Below the pieces are notes generated by a model. That model saw nothing but the letters and a program-made list of their open reading frames with translations. It made no database searches and had not been told where the DNA came from. DNA of 64,000 nucleotides from Asterias rubens (lineage: Eukaryota), in assembly GCF_902459465.1 (NCBI RefSeq), contig NC_047075.1:11222001-11286000 (forward strand), written 5' to 3'. Shown here one piece after another: positions 49,973-62,449 of the stretch; within the stretch, counting starts at the first letter, position 1; the number at the start of each line of letters is the position of its first letter. Made by a program: the position numbers and the translations under genes.

Positions 49973-50639
49973 TTGATGCACTCAAATTAAGTCTCACCGA
50001 AGCGAACATGATGTTGCTGCTAGTTTGAGTTGTCTTGTTCATTTCAAAAATTTACTTCGCACCTTTAATTCCGCGTCACGTGACCCCGATGACGTCTTTG
50101 AACTGAAACTTCACACATATACACAGTTAACGTGTGTGTACAATTTAAAGTGACTACAACAAATTTCACCACAGACATCTTCAAAAAGTCAATTTTGAAG
50201 AGTTTTTAACCTGCCGCTAGAGGTCGCTGTTGCAATGTGTGACGTCATCAACATTGTGTTTGAACCGCCCACCCTTGCTAGACACTTACGTCATTGGAAA
50301 GCAACTTCATAACTTTTACCACTTTTGTGTTACAGATGTACAGGTGTAGCTGATGGTTTTATGCCAACATTAATCGATAGGCGTCGTTTCTGTGCTATCC
50401 CCAAATTTTGTTTTTTAAAACGGATGCTAAATCTACAAGTTTTCATATTTTTTTCTGAATTCTTTGGCATAATATAATTACTATTAAACAGACAGATTGG
50501 CTGGAAAGCGCCGTTTTATTCTTTAACATCTCCCTTTGGAAAACAACTTGTGGAAGAGTAGAATAATAACACGCTTTAGCCCTTAACTTATGAAGAAAAT
50601 ATAAAACACTTTACAAAACTTGAACAAGATAACTAAAAA

Positions 50640-51018
50640 CATTGGATCGGTCTATAGTTGGTCTTTGAAAAGCGTTTGTAACCGTTTGTTATAAAATACA
50701 TATGGGTAGAAACATGTTGTTAAAAAGTAGAATACAATGATCCACCCAACAAGCCTCGCAAAATGTGTAGTTTTCCTTTACCTTGTGTGACTAACACGGT
50801 CGGCCATTTATGGGAGTCTAATTTTTGACTCCAACAATTAATGGCCGACCGTGTTAGTTCGCAAGGTAAAAGGAAAACCACGCAATTTCGAGGCAAGTTT
50901 GTATGGATCATTGTATTATACTTTTAAAACATCTTTCTACCCATGTGCATTTTATAACAAACGGTTACAAACGCTTTTTATAGATCAACTCGTCCGATCC
51001 AAGGCAACGTGTTCCCTT
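50640..51018. mobile_element. TTAA MITE family E (5'-truncated)
   Basis: Matches 20108-20502. Confidence 0.75.
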
Positions 51019-51165
51019 ATTACAACTAATACGAGTTGCCCAACATGTTCAACATGCTCATTACGGTCATACAAAGAGTATGAAAGGGGTCGGAGACCAC
51101 GTGTGACTTTAAAAGGTTTTTAAAATACGTTTCAATTTGAATGAACATTTTTGACAAGTAGTACT

Positions 51166-51253
51166 TTAGGGCGTTATAACGCCGTAAAATTACGGCGTTA
51201 TAACGCCCTAATTTAGGGCGTTATAACGCCGTATAGGGCGTTATAACGCCCTA
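51166..51253. repeat. Array of four 14-bp palindromes GGCGTTATAACGCC
   Basis: Copies at 51170, 51194, 51217, 51237. Confidence 0.95.
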
Positions 51254-51467
51254 CTGAAAAAGTGTTTATTTGTTGGCAACAACTAATGAGAACAGGTTGT
51301 TAATAAACATTAGCATAATGAGTTTCGCCCTTAATGTTGGAAGATACAAACTAATCAAGGTGCTACTTAGAAATTACTCATGTACCGTACGAGTACCGTA
51401 CAGGTGGTACATGTACATGTACAGTACGTGTGTACATACGCAGTGTACACACGCTGTACACATTATA

Positions 51468-52589
51468 AGGTATCTAGCATGAAACGCTACCTATAGCGAA
51501 CGTATGACTTATAATATGACGTATAACGTAAGCTGCACTGAAATTGCCGTGGTAAAGTAACTGGCTCTATTAAACTCCATTCAGTGGCTCCGATGAATGA
51601 CATACGATCTGCCCATTGCATGCATTGTGCGGAGCTTTACACCGGCGATTGCTCAATTACATTGTTTGATATTACTCTAATAAAGGGAAAATTGGGCCCC
51701 AGAATGACGGCTTTACGTTAGGAGCAATCATAAAAAATGGCTGAGAGGGGTACATAGCAGGGGCTTTGCCATGACTGAGAAGAAAGAAATAATTGTTTAT
51801 TTCTGACTTAACACTTGTGTTTGAAAATACATTTTGAAAAAAACCGTCGATTTATGCAGATGTATTTTTTACCAGCACTAAGTAATAATATATGACAGGA
51901 AATAACAAAACCATAACTCGTTTGATGACACTATTTGAAGTGATAAATGTATACCTTGCCAGGGATGTGGATGTAACTTCTGTTATTAAATACATGTGCT
52001 TACTCATTTTTGGTATTTTGTTACGAAACTATTGCTTTTATAAGCAAACACTATACGTTGACCACTTTTACTTTACTATCAATTCAAGAAAGAAGCACAT
52101 TTTCTTCAAAGGCCAAGATTTAAAGATTTTTAATACCACCTTCAAGTTTGGTTTCACAGTGAACAAACTTTAAATCACTTTTGCTTCCACAATTCATATG
52201 CTAGTTGAAGTTACATTATGGCTTGTGGTCAAGTGGACAATGTGCGCCGGGCAGCAGATTGCAAGTTCCCAGCGCGCTAATATGATAGCCATTTTACCAA
52301 AAGGAGTTTATGGCCGGTCACCACTCGACAACGTCAGTGTGGTCAGTGCAACTTACGTTATACGTCATATTATAGGTCATCATAACGTTCGCTTATAAGT
52401 AGCGCCAGTGTTTAGTCAAGCGGACAATGCATGCAACGTGCGCTGGGCAGATTGTTTGTCAATCGTCAATCCCAGAACCAGTAATGAATGGGAGCTTGGG
52501 CTGGTTACTTATCAAGGCAGTTTCAGTGCAGCTTACGTTATAATTATAAGTCATACGTTCGCTTAGGTAGCGTTTCATGCTAGATACCT
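51468..52589. mobile_element. Non-autonomous DNA element with ~80-bp imperfect TIRs (AGGTATCTAGCATGAAACGCTACC)
   Basis: Inverted arms at both ends plus an internal partial arm copy ~52340-52400; TSD ambiguous. Confidence 0.7.
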
Positions 52590-54239
52590 ATATGCACGCT
52601 TTGTGTTACGTATGGGGGTGCGCTGGCGGAATTCAGTGATGGGGACTGGGATTTTGCAGGTCGCGGCTGGCTGGAGTGCCTTGATCAAGGATAGGCTCAC
52701 AAGGTAATGTAGTCCCCCCCCCCCCCCCCACTTCCTAAAACCAACTCAGGTAAACGGAATTGTTCTGCACGTGGGGTTAACTCATTCCACCAACTCCCCT
52801 TACACTACAAAATCCCTTGCCATGCACCGTAGCAAGTTTTAAAGCTCAATACAAAAACTTATGGGGCTTGTGGTGTTTTTCCTGACCGGACCAAAGTTTT
52901 GACCTTTGTCTCTATTGCATAATTTGCTTGTGGTAAAATTGTTGTGCTGTTGTGGTATATCAGTAGTGTTTATTTATATTTGGCTGTTTTGTTATTTTTA
53001 ATATTAAGTATTGTTATATAAAAAAAAAGTTTATATTAATACAATTTATAATTTGTATGGGTATGTAGTTGCTGGGCACCTCTGAAAAACAGTGTTTCAC
53101 TGAGAGGTGTCTCCAGGCCAAATAAAAAACAATGAAATATTGTAGTAGAGACACTACTATAATGGTCAGAGGTTCAATGCAAGCATACAATAATAAAACA
53201 TTTTAAAATCAACCAAAAACATCCAGAAAAAACCACATCCGACTCGATTGTTACCTCTATAAAAGGATTATTATTATTATTTTTATTTATTTTGTTTTAT
53301 ATTTTGTTTAAGAGATCAATTTTCAGAAATTAATCATAAATTTGTTCTAATTTTTTTACATTATTCTTAAGTCAAAAAGTCAATAAGATTTTGAAATTTT
53401 AAGAAAAGTACAGTTGGCCAGAATTGATTCAAAGTACGTAAAATTTATATTTCAAATTATTGTTGATGAAAATTATATGTGTACATATTAATGATGGACA
53501 ATTTGTTGTAAGGGGTTTTCGGATACGTATGAATCGATGGTCATTGTCTGAAATGTCGTTGACGTCATCATAGTCCTAAGTCGTGATTGGTCGGCAGTAG
53601 TTTTCTCTTAAACATAGGCATATCAAAGAAACAGTTTGTGATGCAAAGTGTGTTTTCATTAAGCGGTACTCATAAAGGGTGTTTGATGCTGAACAGAGTA
53701 ATATGACTGCTGACACACGCACGAATCGTTACAGGAGGTTGAGTCAAAACAGGCGGTTCTCAGAGGGGTATACAACTTCAAAATTGAATAATTTCCAAAG
53801 TCACAAAAAGTCACCACTAAATTTGGTGTTAGACTGTTCCTGAAGGTTCAGGCTACTGGAAGCAGTGGGTATTAAAGCGACATTCGGCGGCATTGTATGT
53901 TTTATATGTCTCTGATTATAAAGATTGACAATTTAAGGGACATTTTATGCGATTTATCAGGCTTTTTCAAACACTAAACATAAATTAAACTGTTGGTTGA
54001 TAACCCTAACCCATTAAGTTCAAAGGTTTGTCCGCCTAAATAAAGTCACAACCCGTGATTTAAAGATATTTGTTATATTAACTCATATGAAATACCCCTG
54101 GACCATTAGGAACAGATTTTGAAACAATCACCAGTTGCCGTTTTTGGCCTGTTTTCATATGAAACAAAAATGTAAGAGAAAATGACAACAAATTTTGTCG
54201 CAGCCAATTTGTTGTTATGATTTCATACACCTTTGGTTA

Positions 54240-54810
54240 TAGACCGGCAGCCCAGAGCACTTTAGTTAAAGGAACGAGGTACCAATATTTGAGTACAGGA
54301 ACATTTAGTGGATATTACCTGACACAGTCAAATATTATGGATGTCTGCCGGGGACCCCCCGCTGCGTGTGGCGCATGGACCCCCAACAAAGAGGCAAAAT
54401 AATGGGCTGAATCAAACATTGTAGGTACCACATGAAACCAAGTGGAAATGTACATTAACATGATGCTTATAACAAAAAACATCCAGCGCCAGACAAATTG
54501 TCTGCTGCATTAGGCCTGCCAGACACCCCCTCCCCCAAATATTTACTGCACAAACATACGGGTTGAAATTAACCAGTTGCCAAATCAGCTCAAATTTACA
54601 TGAAACTTTGTCTAACTGTGGCTAAAATGAACACACACCAAAAATTAAATCCATACTCAATATCGTTTCTGAGATACAGCCTGAAAGGGGGTCCCCGGGG
54701 GTCTCCTGCAGACCGCCATATCTGACTAAGTAAGGTTATCCACTAAATGTTACTGTACTCAAATATTGGTCCTCGTTCCTTTAACCAACGTGCTATGGGC
54801 TGCCGGTATA
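54240..54810. mobile_element. MITE with ~80-bp TIRs (CCGGCAGCCC...), TA flanks
   Basis: Inverted arms 54243-54320 and 54735-54806. Confidence 0.7.
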
Positions 54811-56162
54811 TTATTAGGATAGACAAAATGTCACGTGATATTCTCTATTTATACTTTCTTCAGAGAGATAGTCTAGTCTAAAGCAAAGAATGACAAAGTT
54901 GCAACATAAATGATTTGTTTTGCAACAGTTTGTTTTTTAAACCTTCCAGAAAAACGTATTAAACAAGAAGAAAACAAGTACGCGGGGGAAATATGCATAG
55001 TTTGCATAAATTAAAAATTGCCGTTTTCGTCTCTATTTTACACGTATGTATGTATACATTAACCCTAAATGTAGTAAACGTTATACAATTTCCACCTAAA
55101 ATGTGCATGCAAAAGTATTTTTAAACCCTCCGAAACAAAACATCAAGCTGTTAGACAAAAGGAATTGCATGAAATTAAATTGCTGTTTTCGCCTCTACTT
55201 TCATGAAAATGTGCTGTTTGATGCTATCAACTATCAGGGCGTGTGCACCCATACAAATAATTAAAATAGGGGCGAAAACGACAAAGTTTAGTTGTTTCCA
55301 AATATGCATTTTCCCATACTTTTTTTGTTTCTACTTCATTGATACGTTGTTTTAGTGGGTTTCAAGGGACTTTTGCATGCAAATTCTAGCTACAAATTAT
55401 ATTAGATTAACTACTATCAGGGCGTATTCTCGTTCCATGGCAAGCGTTTGAAACCATTGGTATGAAATTGATATGTTTGGAAACATGTTTTTAATGTGGA
55501 ATATAATGATCCACACAAAAATGCCTCCGAATTGTGTGGTTGTACTCATACATCGTGAACACGGCATTTTGTGGAGTCATGTTTTTGACCCGATAAACGG
55601 GCCGACCTTGTTAGTTCGCAAAGTAGACGAGCAGTAAACGTTTAAAATCAAGGGCTGTTTTATTAAAAAATACCTTTGTATCAGAGACCATTAGTGACGC
55701 AAGCAACTAACAAAACAAATCATGGATATTATTATTTTATACTTGGCTGACCAACTCGGATAGTGCTAAACATGCACTCACATGGCCCTCTACACATTTA
55801 GATATCTCGCTCCTTGTTTCTATCAAACTTAATCGTTGTTCAAAAGCAGTAGGCTGTTTTGTCTGGCAATAGGGAGCTATAATATACACATATAAAATAC
55901 CTCAAACTTACTGGAAAACATTAACTGTTGACCAAGTGAGCGAGCGATAGTTGTTTCATTATGTTTCACTGGACATTTTCGGTAAATCCAAATGTTTCAC
56001 GCACAATGTAAAAAAGGTCCAACATAGCGTCAAAACGTATCTGCAGTGACTTTGTATTTGTTTAAAGGAATACAGTTTTCATAAAGCTTCCTTGAATTAA
56101 CACGTGTTTTCTAAAACTGGTCAGCAGATTTAATTGAAGAAAAACAAAAAAATCGGACTTAC

Positions 56163-56196
56163 CACCAATAACCAGGAATAGCAAGTGACCCATCAT
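56163..56196 (-). CDS. FReD gene exon 1 (MMGHLLFLVIG, start of signal peptide)
   Basis: ATG, hydrophobic run, phase-1 G|GTAAGT; joins exon 2 to give MMGHLLFLVIGVYLLQGNEA|AS; linkage across a 16-kb intron is inferred. Confidence 0.7.
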
Positions 56197-57036
56197 GTCC
56201 TCTCCACTGACGAAAACTCCCTGTATCACCAGAGACAGTCAGAGTTCTTGAATAAGAGAGAAGCAGAGAGCGATCTAAAACTGAGGTGAAATTGTTATGT
56301 TGTTGATCAACAGCTCCTCTGTGTGCACTGAGTCAACGAATCTACACGCATCGTTTTGTATACGTCTACTATAGAAGTGTAGGCATACACGTATTACGCC
56401 TGCCTTGTTGTCCTTGAAGCAGCCGTCTCGGAGAAATTTCAATGTTGATCAGTATAAACATAAAAGAAGTGATACGATAAAACGAATTGCAAACTGAAAA
56501 CATCACCATTGTGTTTGTGAAGTAAATTATTCTAAACGTTGTGAATTATTGGCATACGATAACAAAGGGAACCGATTTATATTCCTAAAAGGTCGACATT
56601 AATTTTCAAAATATTGTTATGTATTAAACCTCAGTTTTTATTGACACCACATCATTTTGAAACAAAACTGCACAGTGTTGTTTAACTGTTTTTCATAAGC
56701 GCCGATGTATAAGTGGTTTTGTGATTACATGTTAAATCGTCAGTCTTGTATCAACCTTCCATTTTACCCACACGCTCGAAGGTAGCAATTTTGACATCAA
56801 TATTATCCAATGTATGCACACAAAACAATTCTGTATTTACATATTCAGTTGTTTAAGAATGTTTGAAGAAGTCTAAACATACTATCGGCACTAAGCGTCG
56901 TAGTAAGGTGGATATGTCATAGGTTCATTAACAGTTCAAAATAACCAATATCGAGTTTTCAGCCCCTACCAAAACAGCGACAACAAAACAAACATAACAA
57001 AGGACATTAACTAAGGGAACCAATGTGTGGTGAAGA

Positions 57037-57156
57037 GGTTTTCAACTAGTGGTTTAATCCCAACGAGGCCTGGTTCTTGATAATTTTACCGAGACGAAGT
57101 CGAGGTAAATTATTAAGAACCAGGCCTCGGCGGGTTTAAACCACTAGTTGAAAACC
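57037..57156. repeat. 120-bp near-perfect palindrome (foldback MITE-like)
   Basis: GGTTTTCAACTAGTGGTTTAA..GAGGCCTGGTTCTT / AAGAACCAGGCCTC..TTAAACCACTAGTTGAAAACC. Confidence 0.85.
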
Positions 57157-57811
57157 GATTCAATCAAAATACAACAACATAATGATTTCTTCATAAATCA
57201 TATTGCGGCCTTCCAAGGCAGGGAGAGCTGCGTATTCTAGTTTCCTTGGTGACAATTACAGGCAAGTGCTTGATAAACTTAAAGTTGTTTTATCACAAAT
57301 GCCAAATTTCGTGCAACTTAAGGACGAAACATCAAATTCACCTTAAATTAACAGATTCATAAACCTGTACATTGTACAAAAACTGAAACATATCAATTTT
57401 TAGCGAAATAGGAGCAAAGGATTAAGGGGAGGTATCCGGAAAAAGCGGGAAAACACATAATATATATTTTATATTCGTTTGGAACAACAGTGGTTAAAGA
57501 GGTACTAGAGTGGAAACAATTTCTAGAAAGGAAACAATTAATTTACGGTAAATTCTATACGGTCACTGGACGAACGTTAATTATCGGCTAGTGGAATAGG
57601 CCTACGTGCAGAAGCTACATGCTTATCAAGCCTAGTGGATTTAATTGAATACCAAGGTGATTGTAAAATTATCAGCGTGGCTCTGAAACACAGTTTACAA
57701 CACATACCTGGTGCAATATACGCCACCATTAACACCGAGGCACGCTTTCTTGTATTGTATATGTAAGTGTTTTTGTTGCCTTGTACTGAATACTAGGACA
57801 ATTAAACGTAT

Positions 57812-58180
57812 TTAAAGGAACACGTTGCATTGGATCGGTCGAGTTGGTCTTTGAAAAGCGCTTGAAACCGTTTTTTATAAAATGCATGTGGTTAGAAAGA
57901 TGTTTTACAAGTAGAATACAATGATCCACACACAATTGCCTCGAAATTGCATGGTTTTCCTTTTACTTTTGCGAACTAAGCACGGTCGGCCATAATGGGA
58001 GGAAGTCAACAATTTGACTCCCATAAACGGCTGACCGTGTTTGTCGACGAGGTAAAAAGAAAACGCAATTGTGAGTGATACTTGTGTGGATCATTTTACT
58101 CTACTTTTAAAATATCTGTCTAATCATATGCATTTTATAACAAACGATTACAAATGCTTTTCAAAGACCAACTCGACCAA
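57812..58180. mobile_element. TTAA MITE family E (3'-truncated)
   Basis: TTAA-AGGAACACGTTGCATTGGATCGG start. Confidence 0.8.
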
Positions 58181-58523
58181 CTGAAATCGTTACTTACATT
58201 ATACATTTTTCATTATGTTTTATACTCAAGCAGAAAAACAGTTTTAACCAATAGCCCTTCTTGTTTCTTTGATCATTTGGTCAATGGACAACAACAACCC
58301 AGTTCCATTAATGTGTTTCATGCTCCTTTGAGTTGTGTGATAAACAAGTTGCCGCGCATTCGAACAGCTGGAAATTCCCTGCAGGATTGTTGGCACCTCA
58401 ACAAACCAAAGACAGCACGGCCCTGTTATGGACGATTGGGAGCAATGGAAACCTTTTTAGTGGTAACATTGCTGAAGTAATCCAAAGGCCATGTGACCTG
58501 ATTTAAAAGTGGAGATTTATTTG

Positions 58524-59422
58524 TTAAAGCCATTATACACTTTCGGAACAGAACACAAAAATAAAAAATCACAGATTGACAAATAACTTACAGGGTTTAC
58601 AGAAGGTTAAAGTCACCTGGAAATATATTTTTTTCTTTCAAACATAAGAGTATATGCTAACGAACAATAAAACATTTTTTTTTAGTAATTGTTTGTCACG
58701 ATTTATATGTTTAAAAATATATAAAGTTGTTTAGTGGGCTGACTCCGCCTACCCCTTTTGTGATGTCAATCGAGGCAGATTTTGCCTGCAATGCGTATAG
58801 TAAACACACGTGCAAAGTACATGTACGTCCAAGTCTTGAGTTGGTACATTTCAAAAAGTGTTTTTTTTTAAACGTACAAACTCACGACTTGGTCCGTACA
58901 TGTACTTTGCAATTGTGTTTACTCTACGCATTACAGGCAAAGTCTGCATCGATTGACGTCACGAACAGCGCCCTCTCGGGTCGGGGTATACTCTTAAATT
59001 TGTAAATAACATATAACTGATTTTTTAAAACCTTAGTTAACTGTTTATTCACATTCCACTCATCAAAACACATATATTAGTGACAAAAGCTTTATTTTGA
59101 AAAAATACCACTTCCAGGTGACTTAAAGGTAAAAAAATTCTCTTGAAATATTATTCCATGAAATGCTTTACTTTTCGAGAAAACATTGAAACAATTATCA
59201 ATTCTCGACAACGAGAATTTTCGGATTTATAGTAAACACATGTCATGACATGGCGAAACGTGCGGAAACAAGGGTGGGTTTTACCGTTATTTTCTCTCGA
59301 CTCCGATGGCCGATTGAGCCTAAATTTTCACAGGTTTGTTATTTTATATATAAGTTATGATACACGAAGTGTGGAACTTGGACAATGATGTTTACCGAAA
59401 GTGTATATAATAATGGCTTTAA
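58524..59422. mobile_element. TTAA MITE family B with nested insertion
   Basis: Both family B ends present, interrupted at 58607-59126. Confidence 0.8.
58607..59126. mobile_element. Nested palindromic TTAA MITE (AGTCACCTGGAA TIR)
   Basis: TIRs plus long internal inverted repeats, TTAA both sides. Confidence 0.8.
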
Positions 59423-60757
59423 CGGAGTATTTTGCCTTATTGTTGATTAAACACCACATTACTTGTATTGTGCTTTGCTGCAAAAGCATGTTTAGCAAGA
59501 GTTGTATCGACTATAACTCTTAAAAGAGTTATAGTCGATACAGTACCCATTGCTACAGTATCGGATGAAGCTTGGTCGTAGCGGTACTGTACCATTTCAA
59601 CAAAATAATCAAATGTCTTTCTGGAAACGTAATGGTAACGTAGAAGTGGACGTCCTGTACGCATAGCTTTCACCGGTCTCTCGTTGGCCATTTTGTGGAT
59701 GAGTCAAATACATTTAAGCCGGAACCGCATCCATACTATTTCAACGTCTTTGACCTTTGCCATCGTCAATATGTCATCAATTGGAACAAGTCCATTCCAA
59801 ATGATCCTGAAATATTTGCCAGGTGACGAATTTAGACTGGTCTTAATGGTAGTGTGCGGTGTTGGTGTTGGTGTTGGTACAGTGTTGTTACAGTCTCGCA
59901 TCCATACATTTAAGGCAGTTGACACTATTGGTGCTTACTCAAAATAATTATAATCATGAAACCTTACTTGGTAACCAGTCAATGGGAACTGATGATAGTA
60001 TAAAACAATGTAAGGAACGGGTATTACTGAAGTAACGTAGTTTTAGAGAAAGAAGTAATTTTCATCGAATTTGATTTCAATACCTCATAATTAGATTTTG
60101 AGGTCTCCAAATCAAGCATCTGAAAGCACAAGGGTGTTTTTCTGTCATTACTATCTCGCAACTTCGACGACAAATTGAGCTCAAATTGTCACAGGGTTGT
60201 TTGTTATTTTGTTTGATGCGTGAGTTGTTGCTTACGATTGTGTTGCTGAGATTTGAGTAACCTTTTCAGAATAGTTGTGACGAAGTGGCAGCTGGTAGTT
60301 GAGTTCGCAGAGATATTGGATGACCCAGCGTTGATTACAGAAATTGACCGAAAGTTGACCCTTGGGGTTGACGAGTAGCCAATCATTATCAGTTGAGTAG
60401 TCTAGCTAATTTGGAGACTTGAATAGAGACACAGCAAAACAATGGGCGTGCCAGCGCGTGCACGTTGGTTGATTAACTGGCTAAATGCATACTGGATGGG
60501 TCCTGCAAAGAGTGCACTCGGGAAGACATGATTTATTATAAGAAATTTTAAAAGGCTTCGTTTAAGCATAACGAGAAGAACTGTTATTTCCACTATATAA
60601 TGAAAAAGTGAGTTGCCCAGGAGGCATTAAAGAAGATTGCACGAGGGCAATCAAAGTTCATCACGCATAACTTTGTATTTAGTCGCATTATTTATGTTCT
60701 CCCAACCCCAGTAAAAATATATCAAACCTTGTTCCCCAGTTGAAACGGTTAAAATCT

Positions 60758-61013
60758 AAGATTATAGAGCGTCGCAAGGCGCAAGATGCGGAACTGAAGC
60801 TTTATCTATCTGTTGGAACGTGAAATACGCATGGGCGCCATTTCAGCAAGTGAATATTTTGTTTCCCATTGATAGGAATGGTCATTGTCTGCACTGAACT
60901 GCACTGATCTATTGTTGTATCACACAAGAGTTACTTGCCGAAATGGCATCCAGTGGGATTTCACATTTTAGCCCGAGTTCCGCATCTTGCGCCTTGCGGC
61001 GCTCTATAATCTT
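60758..61013. mobile_element. MITE with ~38-bp TIRs (GATTATAGAGCG.CGCAAGGCGCAAGATGCGGAACT)
   Basis: Near-perfect inverted arms. Confidence 0.7.
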
Positions 61014-61649
61014 TGGTCAAAATGCTTTGGCAAAATCTACAAACGCGATGTACATGTGTCGCCTTTGTTCTCTGGGTTTTTATTTTCTTCCAACAATTGA
61101 CATGAAGTGCAATCTCCATCGACTGGGCTTTTGTCGGTTCTGTTTTCTGGCTGAAATTGTGGTTGTATTGGTTTAAGGACCCTTTGAAGGTGTTGAAGCA
61201 ATAATATGTCGACACAATATTTACAAACCACGCCCAGGAGAGAGATGCTGTAGTGAATTCCTTGGAGAATAAATAAAGCTTTCTCTGTGCACAAAAGACG
61301 CACGCTTTTGTTCCCTTCTTCTTTTAAAAACTGCTGAGGTGTTACGACTACGAGGGGCACATAGCACCGTCAGCTCTGGTCAGAGAAGGTCTCGATTATT
61401 GAGACAGTTTTATTCGCTACTATTTCATTTAGCCAATGTGGCAGGTTTGGACTTGGCTTGGTGGTGTCTGCCCCTCACAGTGAAGAATCTGCGCATTGGT
61501 TAAAGTTGAAAGTAATATATATTAATTATTATTAACTAGTAATTATCCCGCCTAGGCAGTTGCAGTCATTTTCCCACAACTTCAGGCCTCGGCATTTGCA
61601 GGCCAATCTAATTTAAGTTGGTTGTAAAGTTATAAAATTACCTAACTCT

Positions 61650-61900
61650 TACCACAAAAACACATCTGTAGTTGTCACAAAGACTTAGCTCCTTTCTTAT
61701 AGAGGATCGACATGTTTCAATTGTTGCGGTCAGCAGGGATGTTCTCCTTCAACCACATGTCATTGAATACTTAGTGTATGTGCCTAATCATGACATCTCC
61801 TCCATTCGTTAATCTTCCAGTTGCTATGCCATTTGGCACAGGGCTTCTGTTACACTTCGTCCTCTTCCGGAGCTATAATCTTCGGGTATTTTATTTGAAT
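61650..61900 (-). mobile_element. RTE-like LINE fragment
   Basis: VFNDMWLKENIPAD...SILYKKG.K...NYR, with stops. Confidence 0.6.
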
Positions 61901-62094
61901 TGTATTAAATCTGCCATGTACATTATTAATTGTTATATTGCTATAAAATAAATTACCTTTGTGCATATAATCGCTGGTTAGGTTTCACATGTCCTTGTCA
62001 TGTTTGTGTGCGTTAGTTCCTTTTCGACATTATTTTGAATTAGTCGCACGTAACAATTATGCCCAAACAATGTAACGGAAGGGTTCATTTATAT

Positions 62095-62449
62095 TTAAAG
62101 CCATTGGACCCCTTCGGTAAACAGTGTTGTCCAAGGCCCACACTTTGTGTACCACAACTTCTATGTCAAATAACAAACCTGTGAAAATTTAGGCTCAATC
62201 GGTCATCGGAGTCGGGAGAAAACAACGGAAAATCCCACCCTTGCTTTTCGCCGCGTCATGACATGTGTTTAAAATAAATCCGTCCGAGAATTTATATTGT
62301 TTTGCTGTTTTCTCAAAAAGTAAAGCATTTCATGGAATAATATTTCAAGAGAAGTCTTCCACCATTGCCTTCTGTAAACCCTGTAAGTTGTTTGTAAATC
62401 TGTGAACTTGTTTTTTGTTTTCTGAACCGAAAGGGTCCAATGGCTTTAA
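62095..62449. mobile_element. TTAA MITE family B, complete
   Basis: TIRs AGCCATTGGACCC.TTCGG, TTAA both sides. Confidence 0.9.

Noticed and set aside
61037-61360. 107-aa minus-strand ORF with a hydrophobic stretch and Cys pairs
   Set aside because: No recognisable family motif and no convincing splice sites; flanked by repeats.
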